Shown in pieces: positions 10,801 through 19,381 of a DNA stretch of 51,534 nucleotides; position 1 is the stretch's first letter, and every line of letters starts with the position of its first letter. Source of the stretch: Escherichia phage vB_EcoS_ULIM2. Location of the stretch: the sequence record OQ850291, one strand, 5' to 3'. Made by a program: the position numbers and the translations under genes. Under the pieces are notes generated by a model, which worked only from the letters and a program-made list of their open reading frames with translations, did not search any database and was not told the origin of the DNA.

Positions 10801-11336
10801 GCGCAAAACTTGGGGAAAACGAGGCGGCACTTGCTCAAAAACTTGATTCGTGGAGTAATGCGAGTTCTACCGGGGCGATGTACGGCGTTAAGCTCGGGCT
10901 GAAATACAACGGGCAGGAATACAGCGCAGGAATGGCTATGTCCCTGATTGGTTCAGGCGCGGCTGTTAAGGCTCAGATTCTTTTTGAGGCTTCACGATTT
11001 GCAATCATGACCGGGATGAATGGAAGGACACAATACCCGTTTGTTGTTGAGAATGGTCAGGTTATTTTAAGTAGCGCGATCATTAAAAACGGATTCATCA
11101 CCAACGCAATGATTGGCGAGTTTATCCAGTCGAACAACTTCCAGTCCGGGAAGGAAGGGTGGAGAATCACGAAGAGCGGCGGCTCAGAGTTTAATAACGT
11201 AGTGGTAAGGGGTGAACTTTACGCAGCAGAAGGTAGGTTTGCATTCAACGGAACGGGTAACACCGTTCAGATTAACAATAACGGAATCACGGTAAACTTA
11301 CCCGGCGGCGGGAAAGTTGTAGTGGGGAGGTGGTAA
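7884..11336 (+). CDS. Tail tip / host-specificity protein (lambda J-like, 1150 aa)
   Basis: Size and position after the I-like gene; fibronectin-III-like segment; last gene of the tail block before a terminator. Confidence 0.8.
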   Translation: MIQKVISGSKGGSQKPHNPVEMEDNLISINKIKILLAVSDGEIDETFNLKQLMFNSVPVQNEDGSFNFEGVKAEFRPGTQTQEYIKGMEDSSSEVTVNREVTTDNPYTISVTNKTLSAIRIKMFMPRGVRIESNGDKNGVRVEYEVQQAVDGGSFETVLTDVIEGKTMSGYDRSRRVNLPNFNNQVIFRVVRKTPDSNDSNVVDAIQVKSYAEVIDAKFRYPLTGLLFVEFDSKMFPNQLPTISIRKRWKIVNVPSNYDPESRTYNGNWDGTFKKAWTNNPAWVLYDLMINQRYGLDQKELGIAVDKWALYEAAQYCDQMVPDGKGGTEPRYLCDVIIQSQTDAYKVIRDICSIFRGMSFWNGESISVIIDRPREPAYIFTNDNVVNGDFSYTFASEKSMYTTCNVMFDDEQNMYQQDVEPVFDREATLRFGNNVTSITAIGCTRRSEANRRGRWILKTNLRSTTVNFATGLEGMIPTIGDVVAIADNFWSSNLTMNLSGRLLEVSGSQIFLPFRVDARAGDFIILNKPDGKPVKRTISSVSADGKTIEVNIGFGFPVKPNTVFAIDRTDIALQQYVVTKIDKGDDDEEFTYKITAVEYDPNKYDEIDYGVNIDDRPTSIVEPNQIPRPENVQVSSESRIVQGMSVETMIVSWDKVPYAVFYDVQWRKDNGNWQNVPQTANKEVYVEGIYAGNYQVRVRSVAGSGTTSGWSNIVAATLTGKQGEPGRPINLTATDDVVFGIRTKWGFSDGSGDTAYTELQQSPDGTVDNASLLSLIPYPQHEYYHSPMPGGNIVWYRVRTVDRIGNVSQWTDFVRGMASTNVDDIIGEISVDIENSPGYEWLVDNATDNAAQNAANAEAAIENALANDKDAIYMKKENGKRKAEYTKSLKLIADETQARVTSIEQLKASFGDQISASNSELREVIATETEALSREIDQLKAQIGDDIQASLTDIRKAIANETEARTQADLTLSAKLGENEAALAQKLDSWSNASSTGAMYGVKLGLKYNGQEYSAGMAMSLIGSGAAVKAQILFEASRFAIMTGMNGRTQYPFVVENGQVILSSAIIKNGFITNAMIGEFIQSNNFQSGKEGWRITKSGGSEFNNVVVRGELYAAEGRFAFNGTGNTVQINNNGITVNLPGGGKVVVGRW

Positions 11337-11343
11337 AACATAA

Positions 11344-11365
11344 GGGGCCAATCGGCCCCTTTTTT
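11344..11365. terminator. Terminator between convergent J-like gene and minus-strand gene
   Basis: GGGGCC-aatc-GGCCCC followed by TTTTTT. Confidence 0.6.
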
Positions 11366-12329
11366 AATACATGTTTGGAAGAACTATCAACGGAGATTGA
11401 ATTGCTATGTTCCTGTTAGGCATCACGAATTGCTGGCGAGAGTAGTTGCCAACAACCTTATTTTTAGCAACTCTTACCTTGTTTCCAGCCATTCTGATCC
11501 CGTTCATCCTTACGTGGTTGTATCCTCCATTATTTTCAATAAGCGCTCCACAGTATGATAACTGAATCAAGCTGTTTCCTATATCCTGATCCCCTGTACC
11601 GATATTAATTACGCGATTGTAAACGAATGGTTTATTTACTGTAGAAAAAGTAACCTGACCTTGCTTGTTGGTCATGGTTATACCGTTACCGCCGCGAGGG
11701 GGAGTGTTATTGAATATTACCAAATCCATAGTAACAGAAGCCGTCACATCATCCCTTCCACCGTAGGATGCATTCCTTACTGTGATGTTTGAACCGTCAA
11801 ATCCGACGCTTACATTAGGATCATCCCATCTTGCGAATGGTATACCTCCAACTGGCAATCTCATGTTACCATTAACAGTTATTCGATTTGAATATTGGCA
11901 CGTCATTAATTTTGCCACGTTTGATATGGCGGTGAAATCAGTTGAGTTTGCAACAAGCAGACCCTCATTCCTTGTGCCTACTGGTAATATCTCCATGACA
12001 GTACCAGCCCATTGCGGTAAACCTTCGTAGGCGCTTAGTGCATCATCACCTCTGATTATCACTCCGTTGTTACCATTCCTTGACACTGTAGTAACATAAA
12101 ACGGATCTGGTATGACAAGTGTCTGGTCGAACACCTCAATAACGTCAACAGGCTTTGTGAAGACAACAACAACCTGAGATCCCGGAGTCAATGGAGTATT
12201 TATAGTCAACGTCTTATTTGATTGCGCCCTCTGGTTGAAGTTCGCGCAGAATGAAGGGGCGCGAAGACCAGCCGTGATTTGCATCGCAGGACGCCCGTCA
12301 TTGTAATTTACATATATTCCCTCCCCCAT
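11364..12329 (-). CDS. Hypothetical protein, possibly tail-associated/host-range (321 aa)
   Basis: ATG at 12329 with AAGGAG RBS formed by the last codons of the upstream lipoprotein gene; Gly/Asn-rich repetitive sequence. Function not established. Confidence 0.45.
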   Translation of the reverse strand: MGEGIYVNYNDGRPAMQITAGLRAPSFCANFNQRAQSNKTLTINTPLTPGSQVVVVFTKPVDVIEVFDQTLVIPDPFYVTTVSRNGNNGVIIRGDDALSAYEGLPQWAGTVMEILPVGTRNEGLLVANSTDFTAISNVAKLMTCQYSNRITVNGNMRLPVGGIPFARWDDPNVSVGFDGSNITVRNASYGGRDDVTASVTMDLVIFNNTPPRGGNGITMTNKQGQVTFSTVNKPFVYNRVINIGTGDQDIGNSLIQLSYCGALIENNGGYNHVRMNGIRMAGNKVRVAKNKVVGNYSRQQFVMPNRNIAIQSPLIVLPNMY

Positions 12330-12331
12330 AA

Positions 12332-12562
12332 TTACCACTCCTTAGTTTTAACTGACACCTTACCGCTAAAGTTTCCCTGGTTGTCGTCTGATGAAAGACC
12401 TTTGAATCGCATGTCAATCTCGCCAGACGGAATCTTATTGCCATCAACGAATCGCATCATGCAAGATCCGTAAGCGTAAGTAACGCAGTCTCCATTTTTA
12501 AGATTCTGGGCGCAACCAGTCAGGATGAATGCAGCAGCAATAATGGTGATTAACTTTTTCAT
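12332..12562 (-). CDS. cor: Small outer-membrane lipoprotein, Cor-like superinfection exclusion candidate (76 aa)
   Basis: Signal peptide with lipobox LTGC; placement next to tail genes as for Cor in T1-like and lambdoid phages; identity by analogy only. Confidence 0.45.
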   Translation of the reverse strand: MKKLITIIAAAFILTGCAQNLKNGDCVTYAYGSCMMRFVDGNKIPSGEIDMRFKGLSSDDNQGNFSGKVSVKTKEW

Positions 12563-12591
12563 TTGTATGTCCTCGTCGTTAGTGTGATTGC

Positions 12592-12620
12592 ATTGTATGT
12601 CGCATTTACTTTTATTGCAA
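12592..12620 (-). promoter_or_regulatory. Sigma70-type promoter for the lipoprotein operon (TTGCAA-17-TACAAT)
   Basis: Minus-strand -35 TTGCAA (12615-12620), 17-bp spacer, -10 TACAAT (12592-12597), then GAGGA RBS and ATG at 12562. Confidence 0.5.
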
Positions 12621-12641
12621 TAGCACGATTACAATTTTTTC

Positions 12642-12810
12642 GTGTAACAAGTGTCTATTTTTGTAACCGGAACGGGTGTTACAAAATCCACCCCATCCGA
12701 CCGCAGAGAGATATGATAAAAACTCTATATAATATATATAGATAGATAATATTTAATTTTAGCTTTATATATATAATTATTGTTGTGTAACAGTTGTCTA
12801 CCGTGTAACA
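12642..12810. repeat. Iteron-like repeats in an AT-rich divergent control region
   Basis: GTGTAACAAGTGTCTA (12642-12657) and GTGTAACAGTTGTCTA (12785-12800), further GTGTAACA at 12803, inverted repeat TTGTAAC-N10-GTTACAA (12661-12685), alternating TA tract 12724-12781. Confidence 0.5.
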
Positions 12811-13029
12811 GGTGATTTGATTGATTCGTCAAATTTCTATCACATATGTTCAAAATTTAATCAATCTTGATTCTATTTGTAGGTATCTCTGTATTTCTAA
12901 GAAAAAGCTGTTACAAGTATTACGCAATAGACACCACACAAAAATAGACTTAAGCCATTGATTACGTTGATGCTGGTTGTAACTTGAGCGATATAGACAC
13001 GCAATTACACACAAATTACATGTATCCGA

Positions 13030-13057
13030 TTGACTAAACGCTGTTAATGGCTATAAT
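13030..13057 (+). promoter_or_regulatory. Sigma70-type promoter for the recombination operon (TTGACT-16-TATAAT)
   Basis: TTGACT at 13030-13035 and TATAAT at 13052-13057; leader TTCATCGTAAACGAAGGAGA precedes the ATG at 13089. Confidence 0.6.
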
Positions 13058-13088
13058 GGATTCATCGTAAACGAAGGAGATAAACGCA

Positions 13089-14153
13089 ATGTTCCAAGTA
13101 TTCACGTCAAGCCAGCTTTCCAATGACGAGTATCACAGCAACGAAGGTTGGGCGGCAGAGTATGTAAGCGGATCGAGTCTTGCAGAAATCTATCAGACTT
13201 GTCCGGCTAACTGGCGATTCAAGAAGAACGAGACAACGAAAGCTCTGGAGTTCGGCACTCAGTCACACACCAACTTTGAGAGTCGCGATCTGTTTACTGC
13301 AACGTATGCTCGCTGCCCTGCTCCGTCAGAGTTTAAGGATCTGATTACTTCACAAACCGCTCTGGCTGCAAAATTAAAATCTTTTGGCCTGAAAGGTACA
13401 TCAGGAAAGCAGTACCCGGACCTCATAAAAATGATGGTTGATTGTGGTGAAGAACTCAACGTTCAATACCTCATTGAACTGATTGCTGAGGCTGAGGCGC
13501 GCGCTGAAGGAAAGAAATTGGTTGACGCTGACAAATACGATGCTTGCATGAAGATGAGAGCCATCCTTGAGCAGAATCCCGATCATGAAGCGTGCATTAA
13601 CAGCGAAACAGCTCAGCGTGAAATCTCAATCTTCGGTGAAATATCCGGAGTCAAGGTTAAGGTTCGACTCGATCACCTTGACTACAAAGAGAACGTGCCA
13701 GGTCGTGTGCTGACCGGTTATGATGAAAATGGTGATCCGGTATTCGAAGACGTAATTTTCCCGGAAGCACTAATTATCACAGACTTCAAAACTACGATGA
13801 GCGCCAACCCGTTAGAGTTCCCGAGACTGGCATACAATCACGGCTATTACCTGAAGATGGCATTGCAGCATGACCTGCTACGTCGCGCAATCCAGGCTGG
13901 CGCTTTTGAAGGAAACTTCCCGGAAGATATTCCGATCGTAGTTCGATTGCTTGCGCAGGAGAAAAAAGAGCCTTATATCGCACTGGCTTACCGTATGACA
14001 ATGGAGCAAATCAGGATCGGTCGTAACCAGTACATTAGCGTAGTCCACACTTACAAGGCTTGCTCTGAAATGGATGTTTGGCCTGGATACGCTGGCGACG
14101 CAAGCGAGATCGAACTTGAAACGCCATCATGGGTGCGTTACCAAAATAAGTAA
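13089..14153 (+). CDS. Putative PD-(D/E)XK exonuclease (recombination, 354 aa)
   Basis: IITDFKT nuclease-like motif; located directly upstream of Erf and SSB genes. Confidence 0.5.
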   Translation: MFQVFTSSQLSNDEYHSNEGWAAEYVSGSSLAEIYQTCPANWRFKKNETTKALEFGTQSHTNFESRDLFTATYARCPAPSEFKDLITSQTALAAKLKSFGLKGTSGKQYPDLIKMMVDCGEELNVQYLIELIAEAEARAEGKKLVDADKYDACMKMRAILEQNPDHEACINSETAQREISIFGEISGVKVKVRLDHLDYKENVPGRVLTGYDENGDPVFEDVIFPEALIITDFKTTMSANPLEFPRLAYNHGYYLKMALQHDLLRRAIQAGAFEGNFPEDIPIVVRLLAQEKKEPYIALAYRMTMEQIRIGRNQYISVVHTYKACSEMDVWPGYAGDASEIELETPSWVRYQNK

Positions 14154-14227
14154 ACGGCACAAATAGCTAAACAAATAATTAATGAGGTGTTATAATGCAC
14201 CTCATACACCAATCAGGAGAAGTTAAG

Positions 14228-14875
14228 ATGCAATTATCACCAGAAACAAACGAAATCCTTCCTGCCCTGTTTAACGCTCGCAACAAATTTGCGAAAGCAA
14301 AGAAGGACGCAAAAAACAATCACCTGAAAAATTCATACGCAACTCTTGATGCGATGATGGCAGCGGTTAGTCCGGCGCTAACCGACAACGATATTATGAT
14401 CCTGCAATCAATGCTTGATACAAGCACGGAAACGACCTTCCATCTTGAGACGATGTTGATTCATAAATCCGGGCAGTGGGCCAAATTCTTCATGATGATG
14501 CCGATTGCAAAACGCGATCCGCAAGGCGTAGGTTCCGCAATGACGTATGCTCGACGTTACTCATTAGCCGCAGCGCTGGGGATTAGCCAGAGTGATGACG
14601 ATGCTCAGCTTGCAGTGAAATCTGTCAAGGACTGGAAAAAAGAACTTGATGCGTGTGAAGATATCGAATCACTGAAAGAGGTATGGGCTAACGCTTACCG
14701 CCAGACGGACACGGCGAGCAAGTCAATCATTCAGGATCACTACAACGCATTAAAGGCTAAGTTTGAGATCGGTAAAGCTCGCGGCATTCGACCTGCACAA
14801 CCAGAACAGAAAAAACAGGTTGAAGCAACGAGCGCGAAGCCTGTAAAATCTCAATCAATCACAAACTTCGAATAA
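14228..14875 (+). CDS. erf: Erf-family single-strand annealing protein (215 aa)
   Basis: NARNKFAKAKKD...NSYATLD and GSAMTYARRYSLAAALGISQSDDDA resemble conserved Erf blocks (P22 Erf TSSYARKYCLNGLFGIDDAKD); ATG at 14228 with AGGAG RBS. Confidence 0.7.
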   Translation: MQLSPETNEILPALFNARNKFAKAKKDAKNNHLKNSYATLDAMMAAVSPALTDNDIMILQSMLDTSTETTFHLETMLIHKSGQWAKFFMMMPIAKRDPQGVGSAMTYARRYSLAAALGISQSDDDAQLAVKSVKDWKKELDACEDIESLKEVWANAYRQTDTASKSIIQDHYNALKAKFEIGKARGIRPAQPEQKKQVEATSAKPVKSQSITNFE

Positions 14876-14921
14876 TCATCAGGGCGGCTTCGGTCGCCCA
14901 TAAATTTTAGGAGAGAAAATT

Positions 14922-15347
14922 ATGCATATTATCACTGGCGAGATCCGTAAAGAACCTAAGATTCTTGAGCGTAACGGCGGCAATACTTACATCATTGAGC
15001 TGGCAGAAAGCTACAAACCGCGTGATGGCGATCGTGAATACACCAACTACACATTCTTTTTTAGCGATGGTGGAAAGCATGGCCTTGCTGACTGGTATCG
15101 TGAAGCGTTCCAGGTTGGTCGAGTAATCTCAGTATCGTGCGAGACTTTGAAGATCTCATCAAGAGAGCATAACGGAACGATCTACAATTCTTTGCAGGCG
15201 GCTGATTTCCCTAAGCTGATATTCAGCCAACGAGGCCAAAGCAATCAGCAACAACGAGCACCACAGCAACAGCAGCAGCGCACTCAACATCAGTCACAAC
15301 CTCAACCAAATCCTCAGTCAACATTCGACGACGACATTCCATTCTAA
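14922..15347 (+). CDS. ssb: Single-stranded DNA-binding protein (141 aa)
   Basis: Q/P-rich linker and acidic C-terminal tip DDDIPF, the canonical SSB tail. Confidence 0.8.
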   Translation: MHIITGEIRKEPKILERNGGNTYIIELAESYKPRDGDREYTNYTFFFSDGGKHGLADWYREAFQVGRVISVSCETLKISSREHNGTIYNSLQAADFPKLIFSQRGQSNQQQRAPQQQQQRTQHQSQPQPNPQSTFDDDIPF

Positions 15348-15353
15348 TAAAAA

Positions 15354-15380
15354 GCCCCGCATCAGCGGGGCATATTTTTA
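15354..15380. terminator. Bidirectional terminator between SSB and the convergent tail fibre gene
   Basis: GCCCCGC-atca-GCGGGGC with A-rich and T-rich flanks on either side. Confidence 0.6.
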
Positions 15381-17738
15381 CTTGCTCTCAAGTAATGATT
15401 TTACAATCAACTTCAATTCCTCAACATCATTCCTTAATGAAATAATTTCTTCCTCCTGCTCTTTACACACTTGCACCGCGTATGCGGCAATAGCACCATA
15501 ATCCACCTGGAAGAAGCGCTGACGCCCTACCAGTTCCTCGCCGTCTTGCGTTGGCCCCGCAAGGTGTTCGTAGTCTTCGAACGTACTCACCGCTTCCGGC
15601 ACAACGTCCATTACTTCCTGCGCAATAACCCCGGCGTAAGGCATGCCGTCTTTTTTCATGGTGTAGGTATAACCGCCCATCTTAGCAAGGCCAGCGCGGG
15701 CGTTCTCGATCGGCTTGATGTTATCCTTCAACTCGCGGTCAGACGACTGGTTTACCGTCGTACAGTTTACCGTTCCGTTAACGTTCATCTGTCTAGTGCC
15801 GTTGCCGTTATACTGGGCGTAAAAAAGCCACCCCGGACCATCTTCAAGCCCAAACTCAATAACCGACGCTCGATCTGACCCGTTGCCCCACAATTTGAAG
15901 GTTGCAGGGTGTGACGAGTTGCCGTCGTTAAGCATTTTGAAATACTTGCCACTTGGTCGACTGATCTCCAAGCTCGTCGCTTGAACGTATGCTTTTCCCG
16001 CGAAATTCTTAGTTCCGAGTACGACGCCGTCAGTTATCAATTCAACTTTAGAAGACGTTATATCGTTCAGGAATATCGCGCTCGTCCCGGTGTCCTTCCC
16101 TAAAAACCAAAGACGTTTTCCTGCGGAGTTGTACCCTGTTACGTGCAGTGGTTGGTTGTTTGTTGCGGCGGTGCCGTCGATACGAAATCCTCCATTGACT
16201 GTCGTAACTTTAATGCTAGGTACGGTCATAGCAAAAGTGCCACTGGCGGCAAGTCCATTATACGCGATCAGCTTGTTGTCATATGCAAGCTCACCATTGT
16301 CCCTTAATTGCAAGAATTTATTAGATGCCGAGTTGTGAATAACTACATCATTGGCGCCAGGTTCAATAGTTATGATCTTTCCGTCAACGGAAGCTCGCAC
16401 CGCAGGTCCAGTAATTACTCCGGAAAAAGTCGGCGACGACCCCGCGTTATACAATTCGTACCACTCTGACCAATTTCCAGTTGCCCCATTACTAATCCAG
16501 CGCATCCACCGACGCCCGTCTAAGTATGTTGTGTAAGTCTGCACGCAGCTTGTCACGACGTTAGCACCAGTACGCTGCACCAGCAAGCAACCAGCCGAGG
16601 CGACTGGATAGTTACGCTCAGGGGTGGCGTTCGACGACATGGACTGAAAGTAAAATCCAGCCTTATCCCCTTTCAATACGTTAAGGTCTTCGCTTACCAA
16701 CGTCGCCCGTCTTTCATGCATTGCCTGAAGGTTGGCGCGCGCTCCCTGGTCGTTAGATGCTCCCGTCCCGCCGTCCGCGATCGCCACGTCCCCGTTTGAC
16801 CCCAGCTTAGCCAGCTCGATAGCGCTCACATTCCCCGAGGAGCCGTTGATAGCGTTATTGTTTCCCGAGAAAACCTTCACGCGAGAGGTCTGGAAGTCAA
16901 CGTTAAACGCAAAAAATGTGTCACCAGCGCCACCGCAAATACCCGGACCGTATTTGAACGGGGTCATTTGCCCGGATGGAAACTGACTTATATCGTCAAC
17001 TCGCCAAAAACCGCCTTTGACCGAATCGCGCAACCTTTTTAGCATATCAGCAACGCTTGTTGGGGCGTTGATAGTGGCTCCAACTTTATCAACCTTTTTT
17101 GACGCATCAGCGCTATTCGCGAATTGCTCAGCTTCGTCTCGAAATCCTTTAGCCTGGTCTTTCGCGGTTATGGCCTGCGATCTAGCTGTCTCAGCGGCGG
17201 TCTTTGCGCTGTTGGCGTTCGTCTCACTGGTCTTTGCTGCATTCTTGCTTTGCTCTGCCGATGTTGCAAATTGACTTGCGGCATCACGGCTTGCAGCGGA
17301 TGCGTCGCGAGCAAGCTCAGCTTGATTCTGCGCAGCTTCTGCGGCTGATTTGTTCGCCTTAATTTCCTCAACGATACGGTTAAGGTTATCCATATCCAGA
17401 CTCGCAATGATATCCATTGCCCCGGCAATCTCAGTCTCTTTGCTCTGGTAGTACCGAAGCGTCTCAGCAACGTTTTGAGCCAACCCGTTAACGGTCAATG
17501 AATCGTTAAGCAAGATTACATACTTACCGTCAGCGGCAGTCTGACCATCCGTAGAGATAGCCTTTAACTCTGTGTCGCTCACAATATCGCTGATTACCGC
17601 CAGCTTAATTGGTTGCTCCAGGAATACGATAGTTGCACCGACTCGAATCAAAGCAAGCTGATCTTTCCATTTTGTGTCGGTTCCGTGAACCGTGCCGTCT
17701 GCATCCATTGATGCTGTACCGCGTCTATATAAAGCCAT
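15378..17738 (-). CDS. Tail fibre protein with C-terminal intramolecular chaperone domain (786 aa)
   Basis: Ala/Ser/Gln-rich coiled N-terminal region; C-terminal SSDRELKDNIKPIENARAGLAKMGGYTYTMK resembles the peptidase S74 autocleaving chaperone domain; ATG at 17738 with AAGGAG. Confidence 0.65.
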   Translation of the reverse strand: MALYRRGTASMDADGTVHGTDTKWKDQLALIRVGATIVFLEQPIKLAVISDIVSDTELKAISTDGQTAADGKYVILLNDSLTVNGLAQNVAETLRYYQSKETEIAGAMDIIASLDMDNLNRIVEEIKANKSAAEAAQNQAELARDASAASRDAASQFATSAEQSKNAAKTSETNANSAKTAAETARSQAITAKDQAKGFRDEAEQFANSADASKKVDKVGATINAPTSVADMLKRLRDSVKGGFWRVDDISQFPSGQMTPFKYGPGICGGAGDTFFAFNVDFQTSRVKVFSGNNNAINGSSGNVSAIELAKLGSNGDVAIADGGTGASNDQGARANLQAMHERRATLVSEDLNVLKGDKAGFYFQSMSSNATPERNYPVASAGCLLVQRTGANVVTSCVQTYTTYLDGRRWMRWISNGATGNWSEWYELYNAGSSPTFSGVITGPAVRASVDGKIITIEPGANDVVIHNSASNKFLQLRDNGELAYDNKLIAYNGLAASGTFAMTVPSIKVTTVNGGFRIDGTAATNNQPLHVTGYNSAGKRLWFLGKDTGTSAIFLNDITSSKVELITDGVVLGTKNFAGKAYVQATSLEISRPSGKYFKMLNDGNSSHPATFKLWGNGSDRASVIEFGLEDGPGWLFYAQYNGNGTRQMNVNGTVNCTTVNQSSDRELKDNIKPIENARAGLAKMGGYTYTMKKDGMPYAGVIAQEVMDVVPEAVSTFEDYEHLAGPTQDGEELVGRQRFFQVDYGAIAAYAVQVCKEQEEEIISLRNDVEELKLIVKSLLESK

Positions 17739-17814
17739 AGTATAAACTCCTTAAGTAAATAGCACGAATTGCTAAGCACTGATTTTATCATTGTGCTATG
17801 AGTCTTGCAATGGT

Positions 17815-17840
17815 CAACAAAAAACCGCCCGAAGGCGGTT
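17815..17840 (-). terminator. Leftward terminator after the primase-like gene
   Basis: CCGCC-cgaa-GGCGG hairpin with a U-run on the minus strand, immediately after the stop at 17839. Confidence 0.55.
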
Positions 17841-18774
17841 AGAGCAGGTCACTTGCTGAGAATAATTTGGCCTGCATTCCTGAACGGTATCCTCCAGGAT
17901 TCGGTATGATTATTTTTAATTGTCGGTCGTCTGCCATGTACAAGGTATCCTTGTCTGAAGGTTCGCACGCCACCCTTACTTCTCGATCACCTTTATACCT
18001 GTATGCAACCATTTCGAGGTTTTCAGGGGTGAAGCAGGCCCATACCTCTTGCTTTGTGTGAAATGCAATATGCTGAGCATCAATCCAGTTAAGGCATAAG
18101 TAGATCGCCTTTTCAGTTTTACCAGTCACGGCAACCGAACAACTCGTATATTTCTTCGCGTAAAATGACTCCCTCCCTTCCTCATCAATAATCAAAATAT
18201 TGCAAAACTCGTCATCAAGCCCATCCTCATGCACAAGTTGACACGGTATAGTGTGAAATACCGACTCACCGCCATCCTCGCTACGTTTTACGCCAACGTC
18301 GAACGATTCAGTGGGTAGAGACTCAAATATGCTTAGAGGCGTGTTTACGCGCTTCTCTGTGCGCTCCATAACTTTCATCACTGCTTCATGGTCTGCCATC
18401 ATAACATTGACGCCAGACACCGGAGTTCGGCGCGCTTTTTCATTGGCCTTGACAATGTATTCCTGCGGAACCTTTCCGAGAAATCTCCCCAGGATGTTTA
18501 TACATTCTCTGTACGGCATACCAGTTAATTTCATCAGCCAGCCAATACCAGAGTCGTTACCGCATGAGTTGCAGATCGCACCGCCGTCGCCCGGGGTGTT
18601 CAGGTTATCAGTCCAGCGAAAGCGGTCTTTACCGCCGCAGTTTGGGCAGGGTTGGTGCTTCTTATTAAAAACATCATTCGGCAATCCGCAGATTGATTGG
18701 AAAGCCTCGCGCCATAACCCCTTCATGTACGGTAAAACGTCCTCTTTCTGAAACATCATAAATTCTTCGTTCAC
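17839..18774 (-). CDS. Putative DNA primase-like protein with zinc ribbon (311 aa)
   Basis: CPNCGG-(16)-CNSCG Cys4 motif near the N-terminus; GTG start; adjacent to helicase. Catalytic motifs not confirmed. Confidence 0.4.
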   Translation of the reverse strand: MNEEFMMFQKEDVLPYMKGLWREAFQSICGLPNDVFNKKHQPCPNCGGKDRFRWTDNLNTPGDGGAICNSCGNDSGIGWLMKLTGMPYRECINILGRFLGKVPQEYIVKANEKARRTPVSGVNVMMADHEAVMKVMERTEKRVNTPLSIFESLPTESFDVGVKRSEDGGESVFHTIPCQLVHEDGLDDEFCNILIIDEEGRESFYAKKYTSCSVAVTGKTEKAIYLCLNWIDAQHIAFHTKQEVWACFTPENLEMVAYRYKGDREVRVACEPSDKDTLYMADDRQLKIIIPNPGGYRSGMQAKLFSASDLL

Positions 18775-18797
18775 TTCCAGATCTCCAAAATAAAAAA

Positions 18798-18826
18798 CGC
18801 GTAGAAGGATGTTAACCCGCTACGCG
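18798..18826 (-). terminator. Leftward terminator/attenuator between the HTH gene and the primase-like gene
   Basis: 7-bp stem CGCGTAG/CTACGCG with 15-nt loop, U-run on the minus strand. Confidence 0.45.
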
Positions 18827-18835
18827 TCGTTTGTT

Positions 18836-19288
18836 TTAACTAAAAATGCTATTGGTCGTTCCGATATCTTCCTTCTTCACAACCCGCATGAATTTCTTGT
18901 TCTTGCATCGCTTCTCAAGGCACTTGCCGTTACCATCAAACTTGAGGTCGAATCTCAGCCATGCTGCGCGGTATCCTTTACACCCCTGTCGGCGGTAAGC
19001 GCGATGCGCAGCCTCAGCACCTTGCCACGAAATCATGTTGCGTTCTTTCCAGCCTTGCACCGTCTGATTTGTTACTTTTAGTGCCTTTGCGCATGCCGCA
19101 GGGCCACCATAATATTCGATAAGCGCATCAAGTCGTGCTCGCAATCCAGCGCGTGTTTCTTCTTTATGAATATAGAATCCGCAGCGCTGTCGTGGCTTTT
19201 TGTCTTTACCGCGTCGAGTTCCGTTGTTACCATTGATGTGACGTTTATCGATTTCACCAGTTGACTCCGCGATGCGTTGAATACTCAT
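18836..19288 (-). CDS. Putative DNA-binding protein with Cro/YdaS-like helix-turn-helix (150 aa)
   Basis: AKALKVTNQTVQGWKERN resembles Cro/YdaS-type HTH; basic termini; a palindromic box lies in its leader. Confidence 0.45.
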   Translation of the reverse strand: MSIQRIAESTGEIDKRHINGNNGTRRGKDKKPRQRCGFYIHKEETRAGLRARLDALIEYYGGPAACAKALKVTNQTVQGWKERNMISWQGAEAAHRAYRRQGCKGYRAAWLRFDLKFDGNGKCLEKRCKNKKFMRVVKKEDIGTTNSIFS

Positions 19289-19301
19289 CTTGATTCTCCT
19301 A

Positions 19302-19344
19302 TAGCACTTTTTGCTAAAAACGTTTACTGTATGCCGTGTATTAT
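19302..19344 (+). promoter_or_regulatory. Box-type promoter for the helicase operon
   Basis: TAGCAC (19302-19307), TTGCTA (19311-19316), 22-bp spacer, TATTAT (19339-19344), enclosed by inverted repeat CGTTTAC/GTAAACG. Confidence 0.5.
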
Positions 19345-19368
19345 AGCGTAAACGCTACAATGATTCAA
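19340..19368 (-). promoter_or_regulatory. Sigma70-type promoter for the HTH gene, face-to-face with the helicase promoter
   Basis: Minus strand TTGAAT (19363-19368), 17-bp spacer, TATAAT (19340-19345); the -10 overlaps the plus-strand -10 by 5 bp. Confidence 0.5.
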
Positions 19369-19381
19369 AGGATTAATAGCC

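Noticed and set aside
15471-17470. Several 60-135-aa ORFs on the plus strand (15471..15878, 16090..16338, 16732..16986, 17017..17274, 17124..17348)
   Set aside because: All lie antisense inside the 786-aa tail fibre gene, have no ribosome-binding sites, and read as low-complexity Ala/Pro/Arg-rich strings typical of alternative frames.
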